64,000 bases of DNA from Octopus sinensis (taxonomy: Eukaryota), in contig NC_043008.1 of assembly GCF_006345805.1 (NCBI RefSeq), positions 27,962,001 to 28,026,000 on the forward strand, in the 5' to 3' direction. Within the stretch, counting starts at the first letter, position 1. Every line of letters starts with the position of its first letter. A program made the translations under genes and the position numbers. The notes beneath the pieces are model-generated. The model saw nothing but the letters and a program-made list of their open reading frames with translations, searched no databases and was not told the origin of the DNA. Positions 1-14,800 of this stretch are shown piece after piece.

Positions 1-486
1 GCTAATTTTTCAATTTGATGTATATCATTAATTATTTCATTGAAAAATAACATATTAAAATTACAAGCATCAAAATTCGCTATTTCAGATTGGAAGATTT
101 TATCAAAATAAAAAATAATTAGTTTCGTGTAATATTAGATATGTCCTTCAGAACATCGAATTAGGTTTACCACAAAACAAATGATTTTACGGTCTGAAGG
201 TTGTAGGTAGCCTGTTACTAAGTTTCTAACCTATATCTTTCTTCTTTCTATTGCCTTGTGACACCTTTTGCATAACAGCGTCTATATTTGCAGTCAGGAA
301 TCGAGACACTCATGTCAATTTTCCAATAAAATGAATTGTTTTTCACTAAATGTCATACAAAAAAATATTCATGTACGTTAATTATGAGAATTCATTGAAA
401 ATATTGAATGTACCCACCGTCTTTACTCCCGTTCTCCGCATCATCCTGAAAATTTCTTGGTCTGTTAATATCATCTAACATATATT

Positions 487-712
487 CTTTTATTTGTTTC
501 AGTCATTTACTGTGGCCATGCAGGAGCACCACCTTTTGTCGACCAAATCAACCCCATGACTTATTCTTTGTAAGCCTAGTACTTATTCTATCGGTCTGTT
601 TTGCCGAATCGCTAAGTTACGGGGGCGTAAACACACCAGCATCGGTTGTGAAGCGATGTTGGGGGGACAGACACAGACACACCAACATATACACACACAT
701 ACATATATATAT
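487..712 (-). mobile_element. SINE family A, 3' half
   Basis: Reverse complement of the 3' half of the full copy at 56169-56584 (tttcagtcatt..ggccatgc.ggagcacc..taagttacgggg.cgtaaacacaccagcatcggttgt). Confidence 0.85.
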
Positions 713-1207
713 CGCCTGCCATCCATGAGCATGAGGTGAACACGTTCAATGTTTTTCCTTTGTGATAGCCGTTGCAGTAAGTATAGATCTTGGATCATCT
801 TCTGTTGATAATGCTGAAATGTCAACACCCTCATTGAGCAAGTATGCCAGCATAAATGTCATTGGAGTCTATAAACCTTTTCTACAGCACAGACGTATGT
901 GGATCGCAAATGTCACTAGGTTGAATAGTAAACATCATTTGGTCACATTCCGTGAGAGTTACTCGGTCCTTCTATGAACCTTTCTGCAGGTACTTGGTAA
1001 CAACCGCGATGCTAAATTTTATCCATTTTGAAGAGAAATCGAGCAGTCACTTTTGAATTTTTTTTGTACAGATATGTTTCAGTTTGCTTGGCAGGAAACA
1101 ACACACTTATCTATAAGAGGAGATAGAAGAGTTATTCATCCAAGAGTTTACGGCTTCAGCATCATTCCTTTGCAGGAATCCTCCAACGTTTTCAGCCCAC
1201 CCTCATA
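713..1207 (-). mobile_element. Degenerate mariner transposon, 5' part (TIR and transposase N-terminus)
   Basis: The minus strand reads MDKI..KYLQK.. then EDDPRS..TAITKENIERVHLMLMDGRR across frameshifts, a mariner HTH region. It begins with a TIR-like TATGAGGGTGGGCTGAAAA. Confidence 0.7.
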
Positions 1208-2139
1208 AGACATTGCTGGAACTTTTCATTATCTAGTCAAATACAATTGAGTGATTACCTATAGTATATACAGTATATAAAATATTACTTTATATGACAT
1301 ATATATATATATATGTGTGTGTGTGTATGTGTGTATGTGTGAGTGTGTGTGTGTGTATATGTATGTATGTGTGTATGGGTGTTGTGTGTGTTTGCGTGTA
1401 TCCGATTAATGAAAGAGATGGAAGATGGAATATACTAGAATGTTTGTTGATCACTGCAATCACATAGTCCCATCAAGTATCGATCCCGCGCGGATGGGAT
1501 AATGCACGAGTGGTTTAGCTCTATCCCTCGGTCTAATGTGTCTCATCGGGTGATTACAAGAAGCATTTCGTTAAAATAAACTCTGTTTCACACAACTTAC
1601 TACTGAATGATTTCTTCTTGCTCTCCGTAGATAGAAATGGACAATTGACGGATACTACTTCATTTATGTAGATCAATAACAAAATAAGATACATAAAGTA
1701 ACAAATACACAATAAAGCGAAATCTGCTATTAGTAGATGTGTGCGCTTTTGGGTATACACTTTTATAATACATGATGGGTATCTGCAATTCATGGCATAA
1801 AGTGGTGGATACGAATAAAACAGTAGATAACATGTAATTAGCACATACATAACAAGTGATCGAAGTCTTTTTAACAAGTCGCATAGATTCATATTTAAAA
1901 TCATAAGTACTCATACATATCTGAGTCACATACTTTCATTATCTTCTCAGGTCTTTCAATCATTCTTTTTCATTAACTCTCTTCTATTACATTTGGGCAT
2001 GATGATGGCGTGGTGCACACGTTCGGTGTGAGAGCGCTAATATTCATATGCTGGGAAGTTTGGTACGCTTCATTTTTCCCCTACGCAAATCAATATATAC
2101 ATTATATAAGTGCGCGCGCACACATACAAATGTTATACA

Positions 2140-2140
2140 T

Positions 2141-2179
<39 letters not shown>

Positions 2180-2339
2180 ATATATATATATATATTATAT
2201 ATATATATATTCATATATACATACATGTAGTTACGGCCTGCTCTGTAATATAAGTAGATCAATTGTATTCAAGAGTAGGAAAATAAATTGTACGTCTCTC
2301 TGTCTCTCTTTCTATGTAGCACTCATTCTGTATATATAT

Positions 2340-2372
<33 letters not shown>

Positions 2373-2373
2373 A

Positions 2374-2415
<42 letters not shown>

Positions 2416-2434
2416 ATATATATATATATATATA

Positions 2435-2492
<58 letters not shown>

Positions 2493-2566
2493 TATATATA
2501 TATATATATTATATATATATATATCTATATATATATATATATCTATATATATATATACAGTTAATT

Positions 2567-2604
<38 letters not shown>

Positions 2605-2660
2605 TTGCGCGTATATATATATATTATATATATATATACTATATATATATATATATATAA
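2140..2660. repeat. (TA)n/(CA)n microsatellite cluster
   Basis: Direct inspection. Confidence 0.95.
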
Positions 2661-5600
2661 AGTGAGTGGGTGAGAACGAAAGAAGGAAAGACACAGAGAG
2701 AGAGGGACGTAAATTGCCATTGCCTGCTCTTTAATATAAGCAATGCAATTGTAATTCTTTCTTTCAAATATTCTCTCAGTCTTTCTCTTTACGTTCTTTG
2801 TTAGTATCGATCTGGCTGTGGCATGTAGAGCAACATGACAATCTTCCAACACTGGAGAGAGAACAAGATTCTTAAGTCATTCGCTGTTAAAAGGCCAAAC
2901 ATTACAGTGAGATTAATTCAAAAGATGAATAAGGATAATTGCGCCTTTGATGGAGTTATTGTGCTCTGTTTTATTCTTCTATTCTCTTTCTAACTTCACA
3001 TTCGTTTTCTTCGAAGTTTCACCTTCCTTCCATTTTTGTCCATTCATTTTCACCAACTTTTTAATTTCTTTTGCTTCGCATTTATTTCTTTTTTAAATGT
3101 ACGTCTGAAACATTTTCGTTTTCTTTAGTTATTTTTAATTTATTTCTCCATTTTCTTTCTATATTTGTTTTGTTGCACACATCTTATGTTGTTCTATTTG
3201 AGTTTATTTTTCTCTCCTTGTTTTGTCATCATTTTTATCTCTTTTCTCGTGGAAAAGTAAAGTCAATTGTCATTTCCCTGACTTGTCCTTTATATTCTCC
3301 GATCAAAGTATACACAGAAACACTTATACCACATACAAATGGGCACATTATCACACTTACTCATATAAACAAACATGTGAATACATATGCAGACATACTC
3401 TAATACAGATGTGCACATCGAAACAAGTACAAATTCATCCATATAATCAAACACACACATCATCTATTTTGCCATTCAATAGAGATATTGTGTATTTTAC
3501 AACTATGTTCTATTTCTCTTATCTTCCAATCACTTGCGCACACGTATTATCCAATACAATGAATTTCAATAAGAAGAGCACCCTTTCTGCAGTGTCTCTT
3601 TCACATCCTTAGTACATTGTCTCTCACATCGCTATAAGGAAATCTAGAACCGTCACTGAAGATTTATAATATTCTCATAATATATATTTCATTAAAAACT
3701 CATATATGCAAAAAATTACTCTATTCCGTAAACTATTACACATACATACGTATTCACGTAGACATGTATAAACGTGTATAACATATCTATTGGTGTAGGA
3801 AATCACTAGAGTAACAACATGAAATCTTTTAAAACATGGAAACATCCTTATTATTACTTCAAAGACACTAACAGTAAAGGGTGTATACCATCTGCATTTG
3901 CTCAACAAAACGCTGTATATGCTTCATTGTTCTTGACTTGATAGTCCAAATCAGTTTCGTCCCTACTTCTCATGCTGCGAAATGAAAGCTCTTTTCAATT
4001 CACTAATTCAGCTTCCAGACGCCGGAATGTTTCGAATAAATGTATTAGAATACAATGGGATTTGCAGTGCTCCAGTTTCTTAATCGGTTAAACCACATGC
4101 CACTAACTGGCACTTCTTTTTACCTATATACCAACGTAGATTAATAGATGCAATTTGAATATTTACTATATATATTTTGAAGAAGCCCATGTCTCTTGCT
4201 CACTCTCTCACAGCATATATAACTTTATGTCTAACTCAGAGTAATCTCCACTTTACCCAGATAAACAAACACGCATAACTTATACACTCCCCACACATGC
4301 TCTGTCAAACTTCAAAAATGTATTCATTGTCCTCATTGTAAAAGTATCAATGATAACACGAACGCAAAAGTGTTGACTCTTGAAAAGAAAGAAGTAAACA
4401 CTATAGCATGCTATGTTGGTATTAAGCAAACGCTTTTGTTCAGAAAAGTAGAATATATCGTTGTCTCCTTCAATGGTCATTCTATTCATCAGGTATAGTG
4501 TCTACAACATATTTCATTATAATACTTTCTTTAATGATATTATTCTTAGATTTATTTCATGCGTACATCATTTATTATGTTTTGTATAGTTATAGAGCTA
4601 CATATTAAAATGGGTGTAGAAAGAGGATGTGTGGCGTCCATGCTATTCTTGTGGCAAGGCCAGCTGAGAGAAAGGACGTATATTTTAATTTACATATACT
4701 TTTAATATCATGATATTAGCACTAATGTTTCATGATAAATCTATGTGCAAATCCAATTAACTATTTGATATATTAGAGAGGCTATTTAATCGTAACTATT
4801 AGATTGAAATACATAGTAAATAATTGCCCTGCAACAATAGCGGTTTCCTGACGCATCTTGTTTTATTTATGCCGAATATTTTTTATCTATATTCTATCGA
4901 TTTTAAAGTATTAAAAAGAATAGATGTAGTTAATTTATTTGACCCAGATAACATTTCGAAAAAGAGATTCTTTACAAGAGAATTATTTTCGTGGATTTAT
5001 GTGATGTATACACCAGGAGAATGGGAAACTGCACAGACGTATATCGTCACAATGTCGACACAAATAATCACATGTCTAGTATGAAATGACCGTATAACAA
5101 ATTCTAGTCGACATAATTAAAGAATTGCTGCGCAGATATTTAAACAAACATGAATAGACACTTTTCCTCTTTACACAAACATACATGGAACAAATAAGTA
5201 TCCGTTGAGGCTCCATCATTCTAGTCATTGTTCACGTACACACGATGGTAAAAGCTATTTCAAACCTATGATTTAATAATTGAATTCTTATTTGATCTAG
5301 CTGATAAAATTTGCTGATAGACGTACTGTTAGGGACGGCTATTATGTAGATACAATGAGAACAGATCTACACACAAATACATTGAATATAGTTTTCTATA
5401 GCTGTGTAATTAGATTAGGTTGTTAAAATAGATGGCTTCCTTCTACTGAATGTCACGGAGATAATTCGAAAACCCAAACAAGTTGTACTAAGCAGTTTAC
5501 ATATGCAGACAAAATCAGATAAAACTGCAGTAATCGAAACCTCAAAGGGTTCAATAAGCAAAGATGGTCATGAATTATCTTAGCTCAAATGGAATATTAC

Positions 5601-6213
5601 ACAAGGAGTCTAAATGTATGTATATTAAGTTTAATTATGTAAACATCTTTGCAATTTACCTTGTATTCGCTTTCGGTATATTATTTCATTAATAACTTGC
5701 CAACATAAGCATAGTATGCAATTGAGAGAAATTTGGAATGTAACTCAGTATTTTCTAGTTATAAATCTATACCTTTTCATGTTTTGAGAGAAGTGCGCAT
5801 ACATAGAACTCACGACAATTCGACAAAAACGATGAAATTAGTCTAATCTGTATTGAAAAGTTTTGCAGATAGTATACTAATTTAGGCAGAAGGCTACAAA
5901 TTATGTATACATTAAACATAAACGTTAAACATTTATATGTGAATCACTTATACGTCTATTAAAATATCATTTGCAGATTCCAAGAAGCATTCAATAACTG
6001 CTTACAATCTGTTGTCAACATGTTCAAGACAATTTTAAGCGCAAGATAACTCACCAAGGCATGCATGTGTGTGTGTATGTACAAGCAGACGTATGTGTTT
6101 GTGATATAACAATAGTACCATGCTTTTTAGTAAGTGAATTTTCTGAACAATGATGATGGGATAAATTTTGTAGAGGTTAAAGATGTAAAAAATGTGCAGG
6201 AGTGTCTCATAGA

Positions 6214-6374
6214 CGCAGAAGTGGGTGCGTGATAAATAGCTTGCTTACGAACACATTGTTCCGGGTTCAGTCTCACAGCATGGGACCTTAGGCAAATAAC
6301 TTCTACTATTGTCTCGGGCCTAACAATGCCTTGTGAGTGAATTTGGAAGTAGATGGAAGCTGAAAGAAGCCCAC

Positions 6375-6472
<98 letters not shown>

Positions 6473-6690
6473 TGTGTGTGTGTGTGTGTGTGAGTGTGTG
6501 TGTGTATGTGTGTGTGAGTGTTTGAGTGTCTGTGTTTGTCTCCCAAAATCGCTTGACAATTGATGCTGGTATGTTTATGTCAATGTAAATAAGCGGTTCG
6601 GCCAAAGGGAGCGATAAAATAAGTGTTAGGCTTACAAAAACACGACTAAATGCGGTGGTCCAGCATAGCCGAAGTCAAGTGACTGAAATA
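6214..6690 (+). mobile_element. SINE family A, full length, with internal (TA)n/(TG)n expansion
   Basis: Diverged tRNA-like head (B box ggttcagtctc), body ttgtgagtgaatttgg..ggaagctgaaagaagccc and 3' gtcaagtgactgaaa, all collinear with 56169-56584. Confidence 0.85.
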
Positions 6691-7119
6691 AAAAAAAAGA
6701 GGAAAACAATACAAAAGGAAAATATATCACGGGTTCATTATTTCAGCAGTTTATTGTTTGTTGCGCACACAATCGAACCAAGAAGGATTTTATGTCCGAG
6801 CAGTGTGTTGTTCATTGATGTGGTGGAATGAATTAATATTAATAAGGAATTATTGAATTAAAATTATCTCGCACCTGTTTGAAGTTTTACGTAAAGTCAC
6901 GTCACATATTCATGGTTCAACCACGACGAACCCATATTATTCTACATTTCTGCCATGGGATAAAATGCAATAAGTTTATTTATTTGTAACAATTGTTTGA
7001 TTGAGCCCCGCTTTCTACGGATTTACCTTTCTGCAAACGTAAAACTGTGATATTTGAGACATTCTAACTATGCAAATTCTCATTATTTACATTATTTACA
7101 TTCGTCGGATATAATAAGG

Positions 7120-7125
7120 ATAATG

Positions 7126-7173
<48 letters not shown>

Positions 7174-7248
7174 TAATAATAATAACAACAACAACAACAA
7201 CAATAACAACAACAACAACAATAATAATAATAATAGTAATAATAATAA
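7120..7248. repeat. (TAA)n/(CAA)n microsatellite
   Basis: Direct inspection. Confidence 0.95.
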
Positions 7249-7445
7249 CATCCAAAAATACCTTAGGAATGAGAACCCAGGTTCGAAATTTCTCCAAGCC
7301 ACCTGACGAAGGCTGGATGGTATATCAGCCGAAAAGTTGTGTTAACAAGAAACAACATGAGGACAAATATCCGTCGAATGTAAATAATGAAAATAATGTA
7401 AATAATATACATAATTCCTCATTTCTTCTATATAGAACTGTATGC
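7249..7445 (+). mobile_element. HHR-bearing repeat family 1, copy 1
   Basis: Collinear with 41790-41970 and 45510-45660. Confidence 0.85.
7300..7341 (+). ncRNA. Minimal type I hammerhead ribozyme (family 1; helix III CG>AG lesion)
   Basis: cac-CTGACGA-a-GGCTG..CAGCC-GAAA-ag-TT-gtg. Confidence 0.7.
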
Positions 7446-8289
7446 AAATACTCTACAAATATTGTCTGAAAATATAAATTAGTACAATATGCATGCAAAC
7501 TGCTGTGCAAAGCCACAAAATATTCCCATAAATTGAGGGTGAAATTGAATTGACACAAACTATCAGAGTTAATGAGAATGAATGTTTACATCCCAGACTT
7601 TTAGCCTTCATATTTCAGTCGGTTTATCACTGCAACCATAACCATAGCGACCGTCACTCTACTGAATTAAGAACGACCAATGTGCTAGGTATAATTACTT
7701 ATAATAACACGATGGTCTCAGCCCTGATTGGTACTGAAGCAATATATGATTCGGATGTGTTCATTCATTTTCGCAGTTATAGTTCGTTATACTAAACATG
7801 CCATATATAAATACTTTTCATCTCCCCGGTTAATCCAAGAACAAGGACAAGTACTCGCGCCAGCGGAGAGATGGAATGCGTATTATATATGCTGTTATAA
7901 GGAGAGAGAGAGTTTTTCAAAGAATTTGCTGTCAGACTGTCAGACGCTGGAAAAATATTGTTAATCGAAATAACATGAAAAGGGACTGATACACAATATA
8001 AATTGTTGAAATTAAATACAGTTTAAAAAAATTAGAAGAAAATTGTCTCATACTTCACATTAGACCGGATAGGTAAGGATATATAATTGAAAATGCATAC
8101 ATTTCTAACCATATGCATTTATAAGCGTAAGGCAATTTACAAAAAACCTATTTCAACACAAAGTAGAATATAATGAATATCTTCACTAATCAAAGTGGTT
8201 TAAATCATGCTCTCACAAGTACAGAAAAGAGCTCAGAATTAAATAACATATATGCATGAATACTAACATGCACATACATACACACACAC

Positions 8290-9240
8290 AGCGTGACCTT
8301 ACTTTCACGGAAACAACTGAGCTCCTTCCTCTTCTTTGTTCAATCATTCCATCCTGCCCTCGAATCCCCTTACACACTCTCAAACTCCGTCCAATTTCTC
8401 GACATTTCTCGCAGCATACACAACTCCGCTCTCACTGCCCCATCCACTACAAACACACTGACTCACACTCCTATATTAATTTCTCCTCCTCCCACCATAC
8501 ACACCCCAATATCTTCTCCCCTACTCCTACTTCCTCAATCTACGCAGGCTTTGCTGGGATGACCATGGTTTTGTGACTCAGTTTCAACTCATGGCTCGCC
8601 AATTCATGCTACATGTATATCCCCTTACCATTATCCATGCTGCCTTACCGAAGCACGACCTATGTACCGCACATCTGCTCTTTCTCTTCACCTACCCATT
8701 TTCCACTGTACTCCTCGAACGCACCATTCTCTTAACCTTCTAGTGACCCCAGTCCGACACCTTCACCTCGCACATCTTCCCTAAGCTACAGCTTTCTTCG
8801 TTTAATTGATCATGCGTAACGTCCTGGTCCATAGTTTTTTCGCCACACAAACCTCTCTGCCTAGCTGTTTGTCTTACTCCCGCTCACGCAGTCGCACCTG
8901 CCCCTAACTCTCCAACACCTACATCCTCACAGGCACACACCACCGCCCATATCACGTCACCGACTCCTTTACTTGCACTTCTACTAATGCTATTTACTGC
9001 ATCACCTGCTCTCTTTATCCTTCCCTGTACACTGGAAAAATGGGACGCCGCTTATCCGACCGGTTCGCAGAGCACCTCAGAGAAATCAGACTCGGCAACG
9101 ACACCCCAGTGACACGCCATTTCTGTTTTAACTATCATTAGCTACATCTGTCCGTATTTGAACTGTCTCTGGACAGGGGCAACCCCGACAGCTGCCTCGC
9201 TGTAAACAGGGAATAATCTTTTCTCTGCGTTCCTTTGTGC
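8290..9240 (+). pseudogene. Penelope-like element remnant, RT C-terminus and GIY-YIG endonuclease
   Basis: 8986-9123 translates NAIYCITCSLYPSLYTGKMGRRLSDRFAEHLREIRLGNDTPVTRHF, a typical PLE GIY-YIG domain. The upstream part is C-rich and decayed. Confidence 0.8.
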
Positions 9241-9285
9241 CACATAGGCTCACCTCCCCTCCTCTCTTCATCTGTCACCAACTTC

Positions 9286-10530
9286 ATGCCGATAGAAGAG
9301 ACGGGCTATAATTACTTGGGGATTTTGGAAATGTATAAATTGATAGAGAAGGAAATGACAGGAAAATTTAAGGTGGAGTATCTGCGCAGACTGAGACTGA
9401 TTCAAACGTTGAAATTAAACAGACGGAATAAGATTGAAGCTATCAACACCTGGGTGCTTTCAATCCTTAGATATGGAGCAGGGGTATTCGCAGGGACAGT
9501 AAAGGAACCGAACAGCTTGGACAGAAAGACAAATTAGTTGCTAACTAGATAGGGACACTCCAAACAAAAAGTGACATGGAGAGATTCTATGTACCAAGAA
9601 AAAGAGAGGAAGAGGACATAGTGGATATGAACACAGCTTGTGTAGGATGAAAGATTGCAAAGATAAAGCACTGTGCAAAACATTTTAAAAGAATGTAACT
9701 GAAAATACGTAGGTAAAGATACGAATGCATGGACAATTTCGTGGGGATGTTGAAGATAAGACAGACAGATAAAAAAGATGGTGCTGTCGGTGACTAAATG
9801 TGATTTAAAGCAGGAAACTGAGGCTCTAATCTGTGCTGCTCAAGAGCAAGCACGAAGCACAATCTACATAAATTACATAATAGAAAGCACATCGGAAAGT
9901 AATAAGTGCTTAATCTGTGAACAAAATGGTGAAAACATATGGCATGTTAATAACCAAGTACGCCACTAGCCCAGAAGGAATATAAGAGACGCTTGTCCAT
10001 TAGAAACTTTGTAACAAGTATGAACTTGACAGAATAATAAATTGATACGACTACACACCTGAAGGCTTCATCGAAATTGATAATGAAAAGATCCTGTGAG
10101 ATATTAGGATTCAGTGCGATCATGAGATACGGAATAGGTAGCCAGACGTAGTCTTAATTGAGAAAGATAACAAACTATGCTGGATCATAGATATAGCATG
10201 CCCAGCTGACAACCAGGCATGCGATAAGGAAGAAAAAAGTCGATAGATATGACAGGTTAGCTTGGGACGTTAAGCAGTTGGGTTCGATAAAAATGGTGGT
10301 AGTAGGACCAATAACTTTCGGAGCCCTACGAACAGTGCGTACAATTCTTGAGAAGTATATGGTACAAATAGGTGTTGCAATAAGGACGGAGCAGTTGCAG
10401 AAAGCAGCACTTCTTGGGATCGCTCGAAAACTCCGGAAGGTGCTCGAAAACTAAGAGGTGTACCTTTATTCACTGGTAGTGCACAGCTGACACCATAGTA
10501 CCTCTCCAGCGTTAGAAGCTGTGCAAACGC
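9286..10530 (+). mobile_element. 5'-truncated R4/Dong-type LINE remnant
   Basis: YNYLGILE..YLRRLRLI..NKIEAINTW..LRYGAG, ETEALICAAQEQ, Zn-knuckle CLIC and PD..IDIA restriction-like endonuclease motifs, with frameshifts. Ends in (TAA)n. Confidence 0.9.
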
Positions 10531-10560
10531 AATAATAATATTAATAATAATAACAATAGT

Positions 10561-10640
<80 letters not shown>

Positions 10641-10650
10641 TAATAATAAC

Positions 10651-10699
<49 letters not shown>

Positions 10700-10730
10700 G
10701 TAATAGTAATAGTAATGGTGATAATAATAA
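10531..10730. repeat. (TAA)n microsatellite at LINE 3' end
   Basis: Direct inspection. Confidence 0.95.
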
Positions 10731-11639
10731 AGAATGTTTAGAAAATCATAAGTTTGAGAAGACTGGAATATTTAATTGAATATTTTATATTCAACGTAAA
10801 ATTGCTAGGTAACTAAGAGCTGAATAATCCCTATATATTTTAGATATATATCTAAAACTTCTGTCTCTTTTATACTGGATGATATATCATTAAATCACAT
10901 TATGTTGAGTTCTAGTTCTAATTCATTATCCAGCAGTTTCATATACGATGGTATTTGTTGAGATGAGGAATATGATATATCAAATGCATATATCGTTACA
11001 GCGTGCGAGAGAAAAAATATTGGAAATGAATATATATCTGGACCTGCAAATAAAATCAAATTATGGTTAGGGTTATAAAAGAAATATTCTCAATATGTCA
11101 ACAAGTATTATCAATATCTCAACAATAAAATAAATAAACTTATGTTATTACGTATATCCTCATTGAAAAGTAATTAACATATGTATAACATGATGATTTC
11201 ATAAGACTAGTGAAGTAAGGCAAATACTTGAAATATATTGCAAAATCTATACCATATTTCAGAAATAAAAATGGTAATCGTGAAAAATGCATTTAAAGAA
11301 ATATTGAAAAATGTAGTCTTGACCAGTATTGGCTTGAATCTTGTTGGCGATGATTTAAATACATCTAAAAATCACATAGGACAACAAATATGAAAAGTGA
11401 TAACTAAGTAGAGAAGACATAAAGTGAAATGATGTTGATAGAACTGAATATGAACTTATACGTTTTAAATAGTCCATCATTTCGACAATTTACTATCATG
11501 TAAACGTTTTCACTGGACGATCTGCAACAGTCGATTATGACACTTGTTTAGAAAATATATATAAAATAATACAAAAAACGGAAGAAAACAACAATAATGA
11601 TCACACAAAAGAATGGTGACCCAACAAAATATTGATTTC

Positions 11640-11810
11640 AAATTTTGGCACACGGCTAGCAATTTTGGGGAAGTAGGTAAGTCGATCCCATTGACTTTAG
11701 TATTCAACTGGTATTTATGTTATCAACTCTGACAATGATAACCGACCTCAGCAGAATTTGAACTCACTACATTTGCTCGGTGTGCTATCAATTGGGCCAG
11801 TTAACTACCG
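11640..11810 (-). mobile_element. SINE family B, degenerate
   Basis: aactggtatttatgttatc..gacctcagcagaatttgaactc matches the reverse complement of the family B core seen at 19766-19975 and 34220-34440. Confidence 0.65.
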
Positions 11811-14800
11811 TATGGCCCATCAAAATATTGCTGCATTATAAGTCCCTTGATCGTCTAGCTTATAACGTCATTCATTGAATAATATAAGACAAATATCTCT
11901 TTCAAACGGTCTTGAAATTTTAGTTTTTCAAGAACAGCAGTTTTGCAAATAATCTTTCACTGGTATACTTATCACTTTCTTTTTATGTTTTAAGACAGAA
12001 ATGTATGCTTTACATCATTTATGTCATCGCAAATCAGCATATTTAATCGACAAATTGTGTTACACTGTTGCATACTGAAGACATTAAAAGCTAAAATTAC
12101 ATTATGGGCATTTTGTTCTTAAATGATCGCTTCATGGCAATATAGAATTAAATTTAAACAGCAAGCTGGCAAAATCGTTAGCACACCGGGTATGTTTCGT
12201 ATCACAGTCACCAAAAGATCTAAATTATTTATGAATATATTAATTACCTGTTAGCTTATAGCTCTGATTATTGCATTTCTTCAAAATAAATTAGATGATA
12301 CATCATACATTTACAGTCAGTATACGGGCTTCGTATACACTTTATTAATTCTGTGTTTTATCTGGATGTTGCTTGAAATGGGTTTTTTTCACACACTTGT
12401 GAATCATATACTATTTAAGAATGGCGATTGACTGAAATACGTTAATTTTAAAATGAATAATTTTTAAAAAAATCTTTTTGGTATTTCATATCTATTCCAT
12501 AACTGTACTTATTACACATTTTAAATTAGCAGTCACAGGCGTAGCAGATAAAACGACGCTTGCTTGATTACTTCTACCTAAATACAACCCAAATGACTTC
12601 AGCATTGATTCTCGTCTTTATCGCGTCGAAATGTATAACAGTTATAAATCATTTATCGGTGTTTTTTTCTATCATTTCTGTGTGTCTTTTTGTTTCACTT
12701 CAACTCGTAATGCAAAGAACGTCTCGAAAGAGCGCTTATGCCATCTAAAATGGAAAACGTAGGAGCGAAAATTAGCAAAAATATTTTCATAGTAAAATTT
12801 CTGTAAAGTTGATACGCTGTACAGTATCGATAACAAATTAAGAATAACTGTAATACATTTTTATTTGTGAGTGTTTTTTTTCGTATTAAATATATTAGTA
12901 TGTAAAAAACAAAAACAGTAAAAATGATAAAAAAAGGAAATCCTACGCTCTTTGGCAGGATTTCGCAAAGTATAGTTTCAGTTCTCATATTCCAAAATGG
13001 GAAAATACATGTAGAATATTTGAAGGGTTGAATATTTGTTCCTCCAATGTATAGATTAAAAGCATTTCCACATTCATAACAACATATGTTCAAATGAATT
13101 TCCTGCTGTTTTAACCGTTTTTTTCTAATAGTCTTTTGTTGACAGAACTTGTTTGCGTAAATCTATAAAGTGAGTGAGAGAATCAGCTGGCTCTTTGATG
13201 TTATATTTTACCTACTCTCTAAATGTTTAGCTGCATTGCAACTACATTTACTCATATATACATTCACTATTCATTGATATTGATTAAATTTATTATTAAT
13301 TTATTGTTAATTTATTATCGCAATATTTCGATTAATCCATAAGTTTCAATTATAAGCTATTTCAATTTTACTTGTTTCACAGCAATAATTGCAATAATTA
13401 TTGTGCAACAATAAAATTTAGTTTAGTCTTGATACTAGTTATTTTGAATTCATAAAATATGAAATTCAAATTCATACAATTATCCCAATATTAATTCATC
13501 ACATCAAAGTAATAAAGAAATTTCATTGAAATAGCGAAAGTTCATCTGGGCATTACAGTTTCCATTACAAGATTATTTTGAAATCGTGATTTTTTTCAAA
13601 TAAGGCAGATTTCTCCAATCAGAAACATATCGGAACAGAAGGTTATTTTAATATATGAGTGCACTCACCTATTGTGGGACTATGGAAAAAGCGAGAAATG
13701 CATGTAGCATTAGTATCGACAACGAAAATTAATTTTTATATTTAGGTTTTATAGTTGTCTTTTTAGGTTTTTGTTTTCTTTTGGAACCATATTTGGTCTA
13801 ATTACATTTAAATGTGCGATCAGTTGTGTCCTTCTCATTCCGTCCAACAATTCAAATTTGATTTTTAATATGTTTTGGGAATAAAACTAGGGATACTCTT
13901 TACTTGTTTTATGAGCAATTTTTATGAAGTTGTTTCGCTTGCTTAGAGGAGAGAATCTATTTCAAGTGAATTGTTTACTTCGCTTGCTTTAAATTTATTT
14001 TTAACTGATTTTGTAATAAATAAAAGAATGAGATTCTGACCCAATCAAATAATTGCAAATAAAATAACCGCATGTCTTAATATTCCTATCTTAATTTTAA
14101 GCCTTTACATTCATGTGGGCATAAGTTTAATCAATCCATATTTCAGATAAATGATTATTCTAAGTCAGAAATCTGGCTACTGCGGTTGAAATTGAGTGAA
14201 TATATATGATCATATTTTCTAGTGGAGAAAACATTTGAACGATCCAATGTAAGTTCACCAAGCAGAGATTTAAGCTCCATTATTTTCCTTGATTATTTGT
14301 AGTATCCATATATTTTCGAAAAATATATTTTTGCAGCTATTTATTTTTGCTCATTTTTTTATTTACTAGCCAGCATATAATAGCAACTTGTATATAAAGT
14401 CAATAGGCTGTGGATATTACCTTAAATTTCGAGTACATTGTAACATATTTTTAAGCAGGGTAACCCTTAAATGTTGCAAGCAACATTTTGATTTTTCTTA
14501 GCCTATCTATTTTTTCTTGTTTGATGTATGAGTTTGTTCCCAAATGCTATAATCATTATATTCAAATTTTAAAAAATCCTATATGTTATAAATTTTTTTA
14601 TGTGTATTGAACGTAATAAAATATACATATTCATTTTGCTTTGAATTGATCTCAGCATAGCAGTAGAGTATTATGGCTTGAAATTCATATGCATAGGGTT
14701 GTGACAAGTGTTTTTAAAGAGATATTTTGTTTTCACATTAAAAGGTTTATTCGAAAACGCAAAAGCTGATATATCGAAGAGATTGCAGTATATTGTCACT

